From contig JBQLZK010000045.1 of NCBI GenBank assembly GCA_052168235.1, positions 1 to 61,509 of the forward strand: DNA of 61,509 nt, written 5' to 3'. The translations under genes were made by a program, and so were the position numbers. The stretch comes from Thainema sp. (GTDB lineage Bacteria; Cyanobacteriota; Cyanobacteriia; Phormidesmidales; Phormidesmidaceae). The notes under the pieces are model-generated. The model searched no databases and was not told where the DNA came from. It saw nothing but the letters and a program-made list of their open reading frames with translations. Shown in pieces: positions 1-11,000 of the stretch (position 1 is the first letter of the stretch; the number at the start of each line of letters is the position of its first letter).

Positions 1-97
1 TCCCACCTTATGATCTCATATTGAGATCGCTCTGGCTATTTTTCGAAGTGCCCTTAAGGAAAACAATTTAGACTCTTCTTTAGAAGGACTAAAATAT

Positions 98-784
98 GTG
101 ATTCCGCTATTAACTTTTCTACTCGGACAATTGGTAGCACAAAGAGATAAAGATAGAGATACCAAGAAACTGATATTCAGGATAGGAAAGAAAATTGATT
201 TTGAGTTGGAAGAAATATCAGAATATTTGCGTAACATTGAAGCAATTGCACTCAAATATAAAAGAACCTACAGCTCTGATCTTCTTAGAAAGGAGAGTCA
301 TGAACTAGTCGAATATCTAAACAGAGCTTATGTACAAATAAAAAGCGAATTGGACATATATGATTTTCAATATGGGAATGAAATTTTGTATCATATAAAT
401 CAATTAAAAAATGAGTTGAATTATCTTTTATTTCTTCCAGAAGGATCGACTGAAACTATTTTTGATTGGTTAGAAGAGACTCGATTCTTGTACATTAATA
501 CAATGAAAATCAGACTTCTCATATCAAAAAATATTCTCAAAGATAGTCAAAGATTCGATTTCTTGATTGATCGGCTAAAAGACTACGCAATTAGACTTAG
601 AAGATTAAGAGATCAGATAGAGACAAAAATAGCTAGAATAAGTCGCAACTTGGAAGAGGAAATTGATGTGGAAAATCATACAGATGATATTGACTTTAGT
701 TATGATGTCAATACTGAGGCTAGGGCGATAGAAAGGATTCAAAAAATATTCCAGGAATTCGGTAGACAAATTGAAGAAATCTAG
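98..784 (+). CDS. Hypothetical protein, AT-rich, helical/coiled-coil, possible N-terminal hydrophobic segment
   Basis: 228-aa ORF with GTG start; visibly more AT-rich than neighbours; no recognised motif. Confidence 0.6.
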   Translation: MIPLLTFLLGQLVAQRDKDRDTKKLIFRIGKKIDFELEEISEYLRNIEAIALKYKRTYSSDLLRKESHELVEYLNRAYVQIKSELDIYDFQYGNEILYHINQLKNELNYLLFLPEGSTETIFDWLEETRFLYINTMKIRLLISKNILKDSQRFDFLIDRLKDYAIRLRRLRDQIETKIARISRNLEEEIDVENHTDDIDFSYDVNTEARAIERIQKIFQEFGRQIEEI

Positions 785-808
785 ATGGTTTACTATTTAA
801 ATTTCTTC

Positions 809-2530
809 TTAATCTATATCGTACTCATCTTTGAACACTTCAATAGCAGCCTCCAGTTCATCAGTTGATTCTTCACTGATTACATAGATTTTGAACTCTT
901 GATCCTGACTCAAATAAGCCGAATAATCGGACTCTAAAAACGCGCGATATTCAGGATTTTCAGCTACATAAATTTCGAAAAAGATAAGCGTTAGTGCATC
1001 TTCGTAATAGTCGATAATTGACGGGCTGGCTAAAGTTAAACCTTCAATTGAATTGATCGCATCCGTAACACCCGCATCTACTTGTGAGAAATCGACGTGG
1101 GCTTGGCCTTCAATTAGTCCTAAATACTTTTCTGAACTGCCCAACCAGGGAAATGTTTGAAACTGCTCGAATACGGCTGGTGTCGCTGGATCGTAGCTTC
1201 CGGCTGCGATCGCAACTGGAATGGTAACTTGGCTCAGTCCCTCTGGCCCGAAAATACTACTGTTCACCGGATTCATCGCGATCACTGCCGCCACGCGCGG
1301 GTCGCGAAAATCGTAGGTTTGCTGCGGCAGTTCCAGCGCCTCACACTGTAGGAGCCGAGAGATATTAATGTAGTTAAACTGAGCCGCACACTCTTGGGCC
1401 AAAAACTCAAAATCTGGTACCGCTCCAGCCAGCGCCAGCGCCGTATAGCCGCCAAACGAATGGCCAATTACGCCAACGTTATCGAGATCCAGCACTCCGT
1501 CAAGCTCGGAAGCACTCCGCTGCTCCAGCATATCGAGGACAAAGCTGATATCTTTTGGTCGATCAATAAACTCCTCAACTTGAAAAATATTGTTAGATAG
1601 CCCTTGACGAAACCGCTCAGCCTGGAGCAGATCACTGCCCGGATGCTGTGGCAGCGCCACCAGATAACCATAGGAAGCCAAGTGTTCCGCTCGTTTCCAG
1701 AAGGCTTCTGGGTTAGAGGCGAGGCCATGCGAGATCACGACCACGGGTGTTTGTTCAGATCTCGCCTGCTGCGGCTGAAACACGTCCACGTATAGCGTGC
1801 GATCTCGGCTTTCATCAGTCAACGTCCAGCGCTGGTAGGCAACCTCAAACGGGCCAGACTGGCTGGGATCCGGCAGTGCGGCAAAATCCACGGGTGGATC
1901 GCCAACGGCCTCTGCCGTAGAAAGCTGATCCATCGTTGCGATCGCATATTCAGTTCCTTCTACGACCGTGGTAATGGCCTCACTCAGTCCTAACACCTTG
2001 TCGAGATCGAGCCGAATGTTAACGGGCAGATAGCGCAAAAAATTGAGCAGCGAGAGCCCTTGCTCATCATTGGCCGCCAACACCAAGGCAGAACGAATTG
2101 CGTATTTACTGTTCAAGCCAGCTTCCGTGCGGATCAGATCGCCTAAAAACTGCGTCAGGATGCGATCGCCAATATTGCTGCGGAAAAAGCGTGAAACCAG
2201 AACTGGATCGAGATCAACGGAGTTTTGTAAGGCCGCCCGAAATTCGGCCTGCTGAGTCTCATTCACGTTGGCTAAATTGAAATATGACTCTAATTCAGAC
2301 GTGACAACTCCGGTTTCAGCAAAGGTTTCTAAAGACTCCAGTTCGATTGAACGCACAATCGGCCCATACTGAAATCCCAATCGTTCTGCTGCCGTAGCAG
2401 GCAGCATGGAGCCTATACCCCAAACAGCACCCAGTGCCAGAGTAAACGACCATTGTTTTACGCTCTGCTTTAAACGAATTCCAGTGCGAGTCAATCGATA
2501 CGGCCTAACCAGTGTGTTCATAAATCGCAT
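809..2530 (-). CDS. Alpha/beta hydrolase with N-terminal DUF1400 domain
   Basis: Signal-peptide-like N-terminus (..ATAAERL), ISHGLAS oxyanion motif, GHSFGG nucleophile elbow. Confidence 0.9.
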   Translation of the reverse strand: MRFMNTLVRPYRLTRTGIRLKQSVKQWSFTLALGAVWGIGSMLPATAAERLGFQYGPIVRSIELESLETFAETGVVTSELESYFNLANVNETQQAEFRAALQNSVDLDPVLVSRFFRSNIGDRILTQFLGDLIRTEAGLNSKYAIRSALVLAANDEQGLSLLNFLRYLPVNIRLDLDKVLGLSEAITTVVEGTEYAIATMDQLSTAEAVGDPPVDFAALPDPSQSGPFEVAYQRWTLTDESRDRTLYVDVFQPQQARSEQTPVVVISHGLASNPEAFWKRAEHLASYGYLVALPQHPGSDLLQAERFRQGLSNNIFQVEEFIDRPKDISFVLDMLEQRSASELDGVLDLDNVGVIGHSFGGYTALALAGAVPDFEFLAQECAAQFNYINISRLLQCEALELPQQTYDFRDPRVAAVIAMNPVNSSIFGPEGLSQVTIPVAIAAGSYDPATPAVFEQFQTFPWLGSSEKYLGLIEGQAHVDFSQVDAGVTDAINSIEGLTLASPSIIDYYEDALTLIFFEIYVAENPEYRAFLESDYSAYLSQDQEFKIYVISEESTDELEAAIEVFKDEYDID

Positions 2531-2789
2531 ACTCAGGCGGAAACTATCGTGCTGTCATAGCAATCCTACAGAGGTGAATTGCCAAAATCCTGATGCTAGG
2601 GAGCGAAAAATATAAAATCTCACACTTGCGCTCAAACCCTTCGGGTTCTGGCTTTGCAACATGCAAGATTATGAGAAATATAAAATGTTTGATCCAGTCT
2701 GGCTTTGAATGCGCAACTATTTGTTTTAATGTGTTCACGATAAATTCATTAACTGTCTCACCTCGCCTTTGGGCGTCAAGTGCGATCGC

Positions 2790-3290
2790 ATGTCTCAAGC
2801 CAATCAAGACTTCTCGCTCGCTACCACCTCGGCGCTTGATATCTCGCAGCGCTATCAAGTCGTGCAGGATATGGTGATGGATTACGCATTGGGCATCGCA
2901 ATTGTGGGGCTAAATCCGTTTCCGCAATTATTTACGCCCGTTTTTCTAGCCACCGTTGCCATCATTGGCAAAATGCTGTGGGATATTGGCCGCAAATGGC
3001 GCTTTGCTTGGCGAGGTAATCCACTTGTTCTTGCCAATACGGCTTTGGACGTCATTGGTGCGTTTACCATTGCCTTCCTCGCTTGGCTGACGCTAATTAT
3101 CATTGGCACCTTTTGGCCACTATTCACACCGTTTGCGCTGGCTGCTGCGTTCATGACCTTCACGCTCAGTATTGGTCGCACGGCTAATCAGTTTGGCCTG
3201 AATGGCTATTTGCGGCGTGGCTTCAATCAAGATACGAAAGACCCTTCAGAGCCTGCACCAAGCGGGGAGGATGCGATCGCAGATGGCTAA
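2790..3290 (+). CDS. Membrane protein, DUF697/YcjF-like
   Basis: Several hydrophobic helices, AIVGLNPFP motif; stop overlaps the start of the lipase; ATG at 2790 preferred. Confidence 0.6.
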   Translation: MSQANQDFSLATTSALDISQRYQVVQDMVMDYALGIAIVGLNPFPQLFTPVFLATVAIIGKMLWDIGRKWRFAWRGNPLVLANTALDVIGAFTIAFLAWLTLIIIGTFWPLFTPFALAAAFMTFTLSIGRTANQFGLNGYLRRGFNQDTKDPSEPAPSGEDAIADG

Positions 3291-4437
3291 GCTCACTCGT
3301 CGTCAGATGTTGCTGGGTGGTTTAGCGGTCAGTGTTGCCGCTACAGGCGTTCGTCAGTTTTTGCGCCTCAAGGCACAAGCCATTCAGCAGGCGGAAATTA
3401 CCGATCTCGTTTTGGGTTCATCCGCCTATCAAACGCAAGCCCTAGAAAGCGCCTACGATGCTGATAAGGTCGTCGTCGCAAATATTGAAGAGATTAACGC
3501 ATCGGTCAAGCTGCAAGCTCCCACTGTGCCCTACAGCCGAGAAATGTCGAAACAGCTCATCCTGTGCAGTCGGCTTAGCACTGAGCAGTATCTCACGGGT
3601 AAGTATGACTTGGATTATGAAGGTGCGATCGCAGCATTACCAACCTACAGCGATCGCTTGGCTGCCTACACTCAAGTAGCTTCCGTCATCGGCCCAGAAG
3701 AAGCCAATGTACAAGAACAGGTAGAACTCACTCCAGAAAATGCCAATGAATATATCGATCCGCTGAAGGCTAATTTTGATCAGGCCGAGACTTTAATTCG
3801 GGGATTAGCGGGTCAATCCGTCACGCTCAAATGGGCCAGTCCAGTTTACTGGGGATTTGCGATCGCATCGCCAGCGGCCAGTATTTTGGTCTATCGCGGC
3901 ACGCAGCGGGGTAATGAGTGGCTACAGACCATCAATGCGGAGCAAATTACCTCTAAAGAGGAAAGCAGGTTTAAATTTGTCGGAAAAGTCCATCATGGAT
4001 TTGCCAAAATCTACAGCGAGTTAGCCGAACCGACGCTGGCCGCCGTCCGTCAGTTCGATCCGTCTGTGCCGCTATATATCACAGGTCACAGCTTAGGCTC
4101 GCCGCTCGCTACTCTGGCCGCAATGGATATTGCCCTGCGAGTGCCTGAACTGAAGGAGCAAATTCGGCTCTATAGCTATGCTGGCCCCCGCACAGGCAAT
4201 CCAGAGTTTGCCGAAGCGCATAGCCAATTGATTCCCAATGCCTACCGGGTCATCAACTTGGCCGATCCAACAGTCATGGTGCCACCTACCTCAACCGTAG
4301 ATGTGGTCTATGCCCACGTCGGACAGGTTTGGTCATTTCCGGGACCAGGGGGAGACATTGCCCTCAACCATTTTGTCAGCACGTACCGCACCGCAATTGA
4401 AAATGAAACCGAAACGCTAGCGACCCGCGAAAGTTGA
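3283..4437 (+). CDS. Class 3 lipase with Tat signal peptide
   Basis: MAKLTRRQMLLGGLAV twin-arginine leader; VYRGT, VHHGF, TGHSLG motifs. Confidence 0.9.
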   Translation: MAKLTRRQMLLGGLAVSVAATGVRQFLRLKAQAIQQAEITDLVLGSSAYQTQALESAYDADKVVVANIEEINASVKLQAPTVPYSREMSKQLILCSRLSTEQYLTGKYDLDYEGAIAALPTYSDRLAAYTQVASVIGPEEANVQEQVELTPENANEYIDPLKANFDQAETLIRGLAGQSVTLKWASPVYWGFAIASPAASILVYRGTQRGNEWLQTINAEQITSKEESRFKFVGKVHHGFAKIYSELAEPTLAAVRQFDPSVPLYITGHSLGSPLATLAAMDIALRVPELKEQIRLYSYAGPRTGNPEFAEAHSQLIPNAYRVINLADPTVMVPPTSTVDVVYAHVGQVWSFPGPGGDIALNHFVSTYRTAIENETETLATRES

Positions 4438-4445
4438 TCATGCTT

Positions 4446-4459
4446 TTGACTTAAGTCAA
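4446..4459. promoter_or_regulatory. CRP/FNR-family (DNR/HcpR-type) operator upstream of hcp
   Basis: Perfect palindrome TTGAC-TTAA-GTCAA resembling the TTGA-N6-TCAA box, in the short gap before hcp. Confidence 0.6.
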
Positions 4460-4515
4460 GGTTTTCTTTGAGCGCTCTCTCTAATCTAGAGACAAGATGA
4501 ATGGAGAGCGAAATC

Positions 4516-6150
4516 ATGTTCTGTAATCAGTGTGAACAAACGGCCCGTGGCGATGTCTGTGAACAGTGGGGAGCCTGCGGCAAAAGCCCCGAAGTCGATG
4601 CGTTACAAGATTTACTCGTACACTGTCTGCGCGGCTTATCCCAGATTGCTCTACAGGCCAAAGCCGCTGGTATTAATACTCGCGAAGTCGATGCGTTTAC
4701 CTGCGAGATGCTGTTTTCGACGCTAACCAACGTTAATTTCGATGCAGAAAACTTTTCGACGTTTGTCAACCGCACGATTGCTCTACGTGACAGCCTTAAA
4801 TTGCAGTTGCAGGCGCTGGGACGCGAAAAAGTAGAAACTCCATTGAGCAGTTTTTATCCCGCCAGCAGCTTGGCACAGCGCATTCAGCAAGGACGTGATT
4901 TAGAACTCGCGTTCATTGGTCAGTCCGGTAAAGATGTGGATGTGTTTTCGCTGAAGCTGACGGTGATCTACGGGCTGAAAGGTGTAGCCGCCTACGCTTT
5001 CCATGCCACAGAACTGGGTCAGCATGACGACGAGCTCTATCGCTTCTGTCACCAGGTCTTAGCCGACCTGGATACAACCGACAAATCGCTGATGGACTGG
5101 GTGGGTCGCGCTCTAGAGGTCGGTCGCATTAATCTAACCGCCATGGAGCTGCTGGATCGCGGCAATACGGAAACCTTTGGTCATCCAGAACCGACGACCG
5201 TTCCCCTGGGCTGGCAAGCCGGTAAAGCGATTCTAGTTTCGGGTCACGATCTGCTGGCGCTGCGTGCGGTGCTGCAACAAACCGAAGGCACAGGCATCCA
5301 GGTTTATACCCACGGTGAACTGCTACCCGCACACGGCTATCCCAAACTGAAGCAGACCTATCCTCACCTCTATGGCCACTACGGAACGGCTTGGCAAAAT
5401 CAAAATCAAGAGTTTGAGCGTTTTCCTGGCCCAATTGTGATGACTACCAACTGCTTGATGCCGCCCCGCGACAGCTATTGCGATCGCATTTATACGCTCG
5501 GCCCAGTTGGCTTTCCGGGACTGCGCCACAGCCATTTAGATGATTTGTCCGCCGTGATGCAGCAGGCGCTAGAACTACCGGGCTTTGCGGCAGCTCAAGA
5601 CCGAGGCACGGTGATGACGGGCTTTGCTCACAACGCGGTTCTGCAAATTGCCGATCAGGTGGTTGATGCCGTGAAACAGGGGCAGATTCGCCACTTCTTC
5701 TTAGTGGGTGGCTGCGATGGTGCGAAGGCAGGCCGCAATTACTACACGGATTTAGTCGCCAATGCGCCGGATGACTGCGTCATTCTCACCTTGGGCTGCG
5801 GCAAGTTCCGCTTCTTTGACCAAGATTTGGGCACCATCGGTGGCATTCCTCGGCTGCTTGATGTCGGTCAGTGCAATGATACCTACTCGGCGATCAAAAT
5901 TGCGTCGGCTCTGGCCAATGCCTTTGAGGTTGACGTGAATCAGCTCCCGCTCTCCCTGGTGCTGTCCTGGTATGAACAAAAAGCGATCGCAGTTTTGCTG
6001 ACGCTGCTCCATTTGGGTATCAAGAATATTCGGATCGGCCCCACGCTGCCGGCATTCCTTACGCCCAATGTACTGAAACTTCTGGTCGAAACCTATAATC
6101 TCCAGCTCATTTCAACTCCTGAACAAGATCTCGCTGCTTGTCTCGGCTAG
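4516..6150 (+). CDS. hcp: Hybrid cluster protein / hydroxylamine reductase
   Basis: MFCNQCEQT..C....CGK cubane ligands; VSGHDL, THGELLPAH, TTNC, GGCDG, GQCND, SWYEQKA motifs; GGAG upstream of ATG 4516. Confidence 0.97.
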   Translation: MFCNQCEQTARGDVCEQWGACGKSPEVDALQDLLVHCLRGLSQIALQAKAAGINTREVDAFTCEMLFSTLTNVNFDAENFSTFVNRTIALRDSLKLQLQALGREKVETPLSSFYPASSLAQRIQQGRDLELAFIGQSGKDVDVFSLKLTVIYGLKGVAAYAFHATELGQHDDELYRFCHQVLADLDTTDKSLMDWVGRALEVGRINLTAMELLDRGNTETFGHPEPTTVPLGWQAGKAILVSGHDLLALRAVLQQTEGTGIQVYTHGELLPAHGYPKLKQTYPHLYGHYGTAWQNQNQEFERFPGPIVMTTNCLMPPRDSYCDRIYTLGPVGFPGLRHSHLDDLSAVMQQALELPGFAAAQDRGTVMTGFAHNAVLQIADQVVDAVKQGQIRHFFLVGGCDGAKAGRNYYTDLVANAPDDCVILTLGCGKFRFFDQDLGTIGGIPRLLDVGQCNDTYSAIKIASALANAFEVDVNQLPLSLVLSWYEQKAIAVLLTLLHLGIKNIRIGPTLPAFLTPNVLKLLVETYNLQLISTPEQDLAACLG

Positions 6151-6161
6151 AGTTTCTATTT

Positions 6162-6213
6162 AAAACTCGAAGGAGGTGATGATGCGGCGGCATCATCACC
6201 TCCTTCGAGTTTT
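6162..6213. terminator. Perfect palindrome (24-bp arms, 4-nt loop), probable bidirectional terminator after hcp
   Basis: AAAACTCGAAGGAGGTGATGATGC-GGCG-GCATCATCACCTCCTTCGAGTTTT. Confidence 0.75.
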
Positions 6214-6221
6214 GGTCGCAA

Positions 6222-6323
6222 ATTGAAGTCTGGTTGAAAACTCGTCATCTATTTTTTGTAAAACGTTTGCCCTGCAAACGTTTTACAAAAAATAGATCGG
6301 GGTCTGACACACAAACTTGATAT
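6222..6323. mobile_element. MITE family A, copy 1, with central perfect hairpin (6247-6297)
   Basis: Ends ATTGAAGTCTGGTTGAAAAC...CAAACTTGATAT are imperfect inverted repeats; homologous to 24811-24910 and 33613-33718. Confidence 0.7.
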
Positions 6324-6333
6324 AAATATGAGA

Positions 6334-7014
6334 CTATTGCGATCGCTGTTTCATCTCTTGATGAACCGTCATGCCAATTTCCAGCGCCTCGTTGAGCAAT
6401 TGGGCATATTCCGCCGCCTGATGGTTAACGCTGAGCGACTGCAACGTCGCCAAATTCGTTTCAATATTGATAAATAGCTCTTGGCGACGTTGAATAAAGC
6501 GCTGATGCTTCCGCAAAATTCGCTCCGTCATGAGGCCGCAGGCTAAACTCTCGCGAGTGGCCCGCAGTGCCGTGATCACCTCATCCTGATTCGGCAAATT
6601 CAAATCCGCCGTCGGCACAGTATTCAGCTCATCCATAATCTGAAGCGCTTGAATAATGTCATTGTGACGATCCACTTCATCCAACAGCCGATGCAGAGTC
6701 TGCAAGCGTTTGCCCTTCAGCCAAATCATCACGTTCCAGACCATGGCGATGAGTACGGAAAGTGCGATCGCAATTAAAAACAAAAAACGTGTCGCAACAT
6801 CATCCATATTCCGCACAATGATCAAACTTAGACCTAGACACAGGATAAACGCCACACCAATTTTCAGAATTTCTGATAGGCACAAAGACAAAATTCGTCG
6901 AGGTGATTGAAAGACGGATGGGCGAACAGTACCCGCTACAAATATTTCCCCGACATCCACATCCGTTAGCTTTTCAATATCCGCTTGGGTTAGCTTTAGT
7001 TCTGAAATATCCAT
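6334..7014 (-). CDS. Hypothetical membrane protein (2 TM helices + coiled coil)
   Basis: Long ORF with two hydrophobic segments; ATG at 7014 preferred. Confidence 0.75.
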   Translation of the reverse strand: MDISELKLTQADIEKLTDVDVGEIFVAGTVRPSVFQSPRRILSLCLSEILKIGVAFILCLGLSLIIVRNMDDVATRFLFLIAIALSVLIAMVWNVMIWLKGKRLQTLHRLLDEVDRHNDIIQALQIMDELNTVPTADLNLPNQDEVITALRATRESLACGLMTERILRKHQRFIQRRQELFINIETNLATLQSLSVNHQAAEYAQLLNEALEIGMTVHQEMKQRSQ

Positions 7015-7124
7015 TCGTGTATCTTGACAATAAAAGACTGATTGATGAACCACAAAAATGAACTAAACACCTAAATACACGTTTAACTTAAATACAAACT
7101 AAAACCCTGAATAGAACCGAGCGC

Positions 7125-7802
7125 TTATCCAAATAGCAAACTTAAAACACTGCGAATGACCTGCTGATAGAAATTGCCTTCAATATCGCGAAACAATTGA
7201 AACGGCTCACCTGGTGCTCCAAAGAATGGGCGCAGCGTCCAGGCCAACTGGCTACCAACTAAACCATACAGAACCAGCCAACCCTTCAATAAATTAAACC
7301 GAGATTTTGTAGTGTCCTCATCGGATTTCATCAGCGTCAACATGCCCTTATAGAACATGCCCATGCCCACCACACCAGTCAGCCCCAAAATGGCAACATT
7401 AAGGAGCAAGAAAAAGTTGTATTCATGAATGGAAATCAGGAAAAATAGCGTAATCGGTGCAAAACTAAACAGCAAAACGCTAATGACGGAAACGCTAGTT
7501 AAGCTTAGCGTCAAATATTGCCGAAAATTGAGCTTCGAGCCAAACAAAATATCGAAGAAATACAGCGTTGGCAAACAGATCAACAGCGTCAATAAATAAA
7601 GCGCTGGCAGCTTAACTGCCGAAACAATCATTTGCTGCCAGCTATTCGATGCGCCCATGATTGCGCCATATACACCCAGAAAGATGGCGCTTGCGATCAT
7701 CAGCGAGATAATCTTCTGCTCCAGCTTCAGCTCCTGTCGGACTTCATCCAGGAAAATAATGCGATCGCGCAATAGCGAGATTAAAACAGAAAAGTGTTTC
7801 AT
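7125..7802 (-). CDS. Multi-pass membrane protein (Yip1-like cyanobacterial family)
   Basis: About 5 TM segments; GSQLAWTLRPFFG motif. Confidence 0.75.
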   Translation of the reverse strand: MKHFSVLISLLRDRIIFLDEVRQELKLEQKIISLMIASAIFLGVYGAIMGASNSWQQMIVSAVKLPALYLLTLLICLPTLYFFDILFGSKLNFRQYLTLSLTSVSVISVLLFSFAPITLFFLISIHEYNFFLLLNVAILGLTGVVGMGMFYKGMLTLMKSDEDTTKSRFNLLKGWLVLYGLVGSQLAWTLRPFFGAPGEPFQLFRDIEGNFYQQVIRSVLSLLFG

Positions 7803-7884
7803 CGGTTTTCACAGAGACTGAGTAGTGACAAAGGATACAAAAATCCCGCCTACAACTACAGCCTCGGCACCAACAATTCCGGCT

Positions 7885-7945
7885 AACAACTGAAAGGGAA
7901 AGCCCGTCGCCGCTTAGCGGCGACGGGCTTTCCCTTTCAGTTGTT
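7885..7945. repeat. Perfect palindrome, 29-bp arms, GC-TTA-GC apex
   Basis: AACAACTGAAAGGGAAAGCCCGTCGCCGC-TTA-GCGGCGACGGGCTTTCCCTTTCAGTTGTT. Confidence 0.95.
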
Positions 7946-7954
7946 GATGAGGTT

Positions 7955-8001
7955 GGAAATTGTTGTGTAGCGCGGCGGAGCCGCGCTACACAACAATTTC
8001 C
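7955..8001. repeat. Perfect palindrome, 22-bp arms, GC-GGA-GC apex
   Basis: GGAAATTGTTGTGTAGCGCGGC-GGA-GCCGCGCTACACAACAATTTCC. Confidence 0.95.
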
Positions 8002-8012
8002 GATCAGGTCTA

Positions 8013-11000
8013 TTAGACAACTGGACTCCAGTTACCATTCGTGACAGGCGGCGTAATCGGTGCTGTACCGACCCGAGCACCGTTGTTATAGAACCAAACT
8101 GAGGTTTTACCCTCTACACTGTTGCGCCAGAGTAGATCGTCTGCAACTCCGTCACCATCAAAGTCAGACGCTCCTTCAATGCGCCAGTTCGGATCATCGA
8201 GCGGATCGAGTGCCTGCGTTCTCTTAGTGCCATCTGATTCAACAAACCAGACTACATTTTGGCCCGTTTCGTAATTACGCCAAATAAGGTCGTCTAGCTG
8301 CCCATCCTGATCAAAGTTACCAACACCCGCAATCTCCCAATCGCTACCTGGAACATTGTCTAACGCAATGGTGCCAATACGGTTGATACCGTTCATAACC
8401 CAGATTACGTTTTGCCCCGTTAGTTCATTGCGCCAAACCAGATCATCCCGAAGCGGACTGCTAGCAGAGAAGTCACCTACACCTCCTAGCTGCCATCCCG
8501 CTTCTGCAACAGCAGGTAGGCCAGCGGTTCCAACACGATTGGTGCCGTTCATGAACCAAACGCTGTTTTGACCCGTTGTAGAATTGCGCCAAACCAGATC
8601 ATCTTGACCATCTCCGTCGTAATCCCCAACACCTTCAATCTGCCAATTTGCACCCGTTACAGGTGGCAGAGCGCCAACTTGGGTTCGAGCATTGCTGTCA
8701 TCTAATAGCCAGATTGAATTCTGTCCTGTTACATCATTCCGCCATACAACATCCGGCAGCGCATCCCGATTGAAGTCTGGGAACTGCGAATTACCAATCA
8801 CAGCTTGCTGTCTAGCCGATGTGGTAGCCCCATCTTCATCGGTAACCTGAACGCTGATGCTGTAGTTACCCGGATCATCATAGATATGACTGATATTTTC
8901 GAAGTCAACATCACCGGCAGGCAAATCCAACGTACTGGACGAACCATCCCCCCAATTAATTGTGACGGTATGTGTGTCCGCCGGATCTGGATCAACAAAA
9001 CTACCATTGAGCCGATATGGTTGGCCACTCAGCCTTAAAGTACCCGGCTGAAGCAGCAAGTTTGCAGGCGGATCATTAGCGTCAGTTAAGTTGACAGTTA
9101 CATTTCGAGTCCCAACTGCACCATTGGCATCAGTTGCGGCAACTAAGAGTACAAAAGTAGGCTGAACCTCAAAGTTGAGATCGCCAGCATCTGCAACTGT
9201 AATTTGGCCCGTATTGCTAATTGCAAAGGCTCTGGTGCCATCACCATCTACATCGCGGTTGCCATTGTTGATTGTCCAAGCTGTAATGTTGTCGCCCTCT
9301 GGATCGGTCGCCACTACATCACCCACAACCGTGCCATTAGCTGAATTTTCGATCACGGTTAACACCTGCCCCACGGGAATCAGAGGCGGCTCATTCACAT
9401 TATTCACATTGACCGTGATCGCTTCCGTGTCAGAGAATTCGCCATCACTGACCTGAACCTGCAGCGTATAGCTGGTGGGATACGCTTCAAAATTCAGATC
9501 GTCTCTGTCAGCAACAACGAGTTCACCATTCGCGTTGATGCTAAATGCACCTGTGGAATCGCCGTCGTTATCGGGGTTGCCGGACAGAATCGTCCAAGTC
9601 AGCGCATCTTCTTCTGGATCAGCCGCCACTACATCACCAAATACGGTATCGACGGGTGAATTTTCGTCAACATTGAAGACCTGATTCGGAGCAATGGCAG
9701 GAGCTTCATTAATATCATTGAGGGCAATATTTACTGACTCTGTGTCCGTATTGCCAGCCGAATCAGTGACCTGGACATCAATTGTGTAGTTACTGGCAAA
9801 TTCGTAGTTCAGATCTTCAGAGTCTTGAACGAACAGACGCCCTGTTTGTGAGTTCAAGCCAAACGCGCTGACTCCATCACCATCAACGTCTGGATTGCCG
9901 CCTACGATAGCCCAGGTCAGGGGGTCTCCTTCCGGATCACCAGCAGAAATAAAGCCAATTTCGGTGCTGATCTCGGCATTTTCATTAATGGTAAACGTCT
10001 GCCCAGACATAATGCTGGGTGGCTCATTCACGTTATCGACTTCAATGGTAACCGTGGCTGAACCCGTTTCACCTTCCTCATCAACAGCTCTGACGGTAAG
10101 GTCATAGCTAGACGTTGTCTCAAAATCAAGTTCATCTCCATCGGCTACCGTAATCAGGCCGTTAGAATTAATCTGGAATAGGCGAATGCCATCTCCATCC
10201 GTGTCTGGATTATTAGCGGTAATAGACCAGTTCGTTACGTTGCCTTCTGGATCATTAACCATGACCATGCCAACTTCAGTTCCGTTGGCAGAATTTTCAG
10301 GCACAGTGAGGACTTGATCCGCTGGCACCACGGGTGGCTCGTTCACATTTGTCAACGTGACTGTGAAGTTTGTCACATCGCTAAATTCGCCATCGGTAAC
10401 CGTCAGCTCTAAGTCAAATGTAGAATTCGCCTCGAAATCGAGATCGTCACTGTCAGCAATGGTAATTTCGCCACTATCACTAATCAAAAAGGCACTGGTG
10501 CCATCACCATCGGTGTCAACATTGCCGTTGGTGATTGACCAGTTCAATACCTCACCGATATCCGGATCGGTCGCTGTAACGGTACCGACCACAGTGCTAT
10601 TGGCGCTATTTTCCAGTAGTGTTGCTGACAGTGTTTGGTCAGGATCAATCACAGGCGGCTCATTGACATCTGTAACTTCGACCTGAACAACGGCTGTGCC
10701 GACTTCTTCACCAGTATCTCCAGCCTGAATCGTCAAATCATATAGATTTGGCGCAGTTTCAAAGTCTAAATCATCTGCATCATTGACCAGAATTTGACCG
10801 GTTGAGTCAATGGCAAAGGCGGCATTGCCATCTCCATCTAGATCGGGATTTGACTCTGCTGTGATTGACCAAGAGAAAGTATTACTGGGTTCTCCTTCTG
10901 GATCAGACACGCTAACCTGCCCAACAGGGGTACCGACTGGGGAATTTTCAGGTATGGTAAAGAGCTGATCGGGCACAATCACAGGTGGCTCATTGACATT

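Noticed and set aside
2544..2877. Overlapping small ORFs between the hydrolase and the DUF697-like gene
   Set aside because: Mutually overlapping, no motifs; the region is better explained as a divergent promoter
7885..8001. Adjacent hairpins as a possible CRISPR or attC array
   Set aside because: Arms differ in sequence, there are no repeat-spacer units, no attC-type extrahelical bases, and no cas or integrase gene in the window
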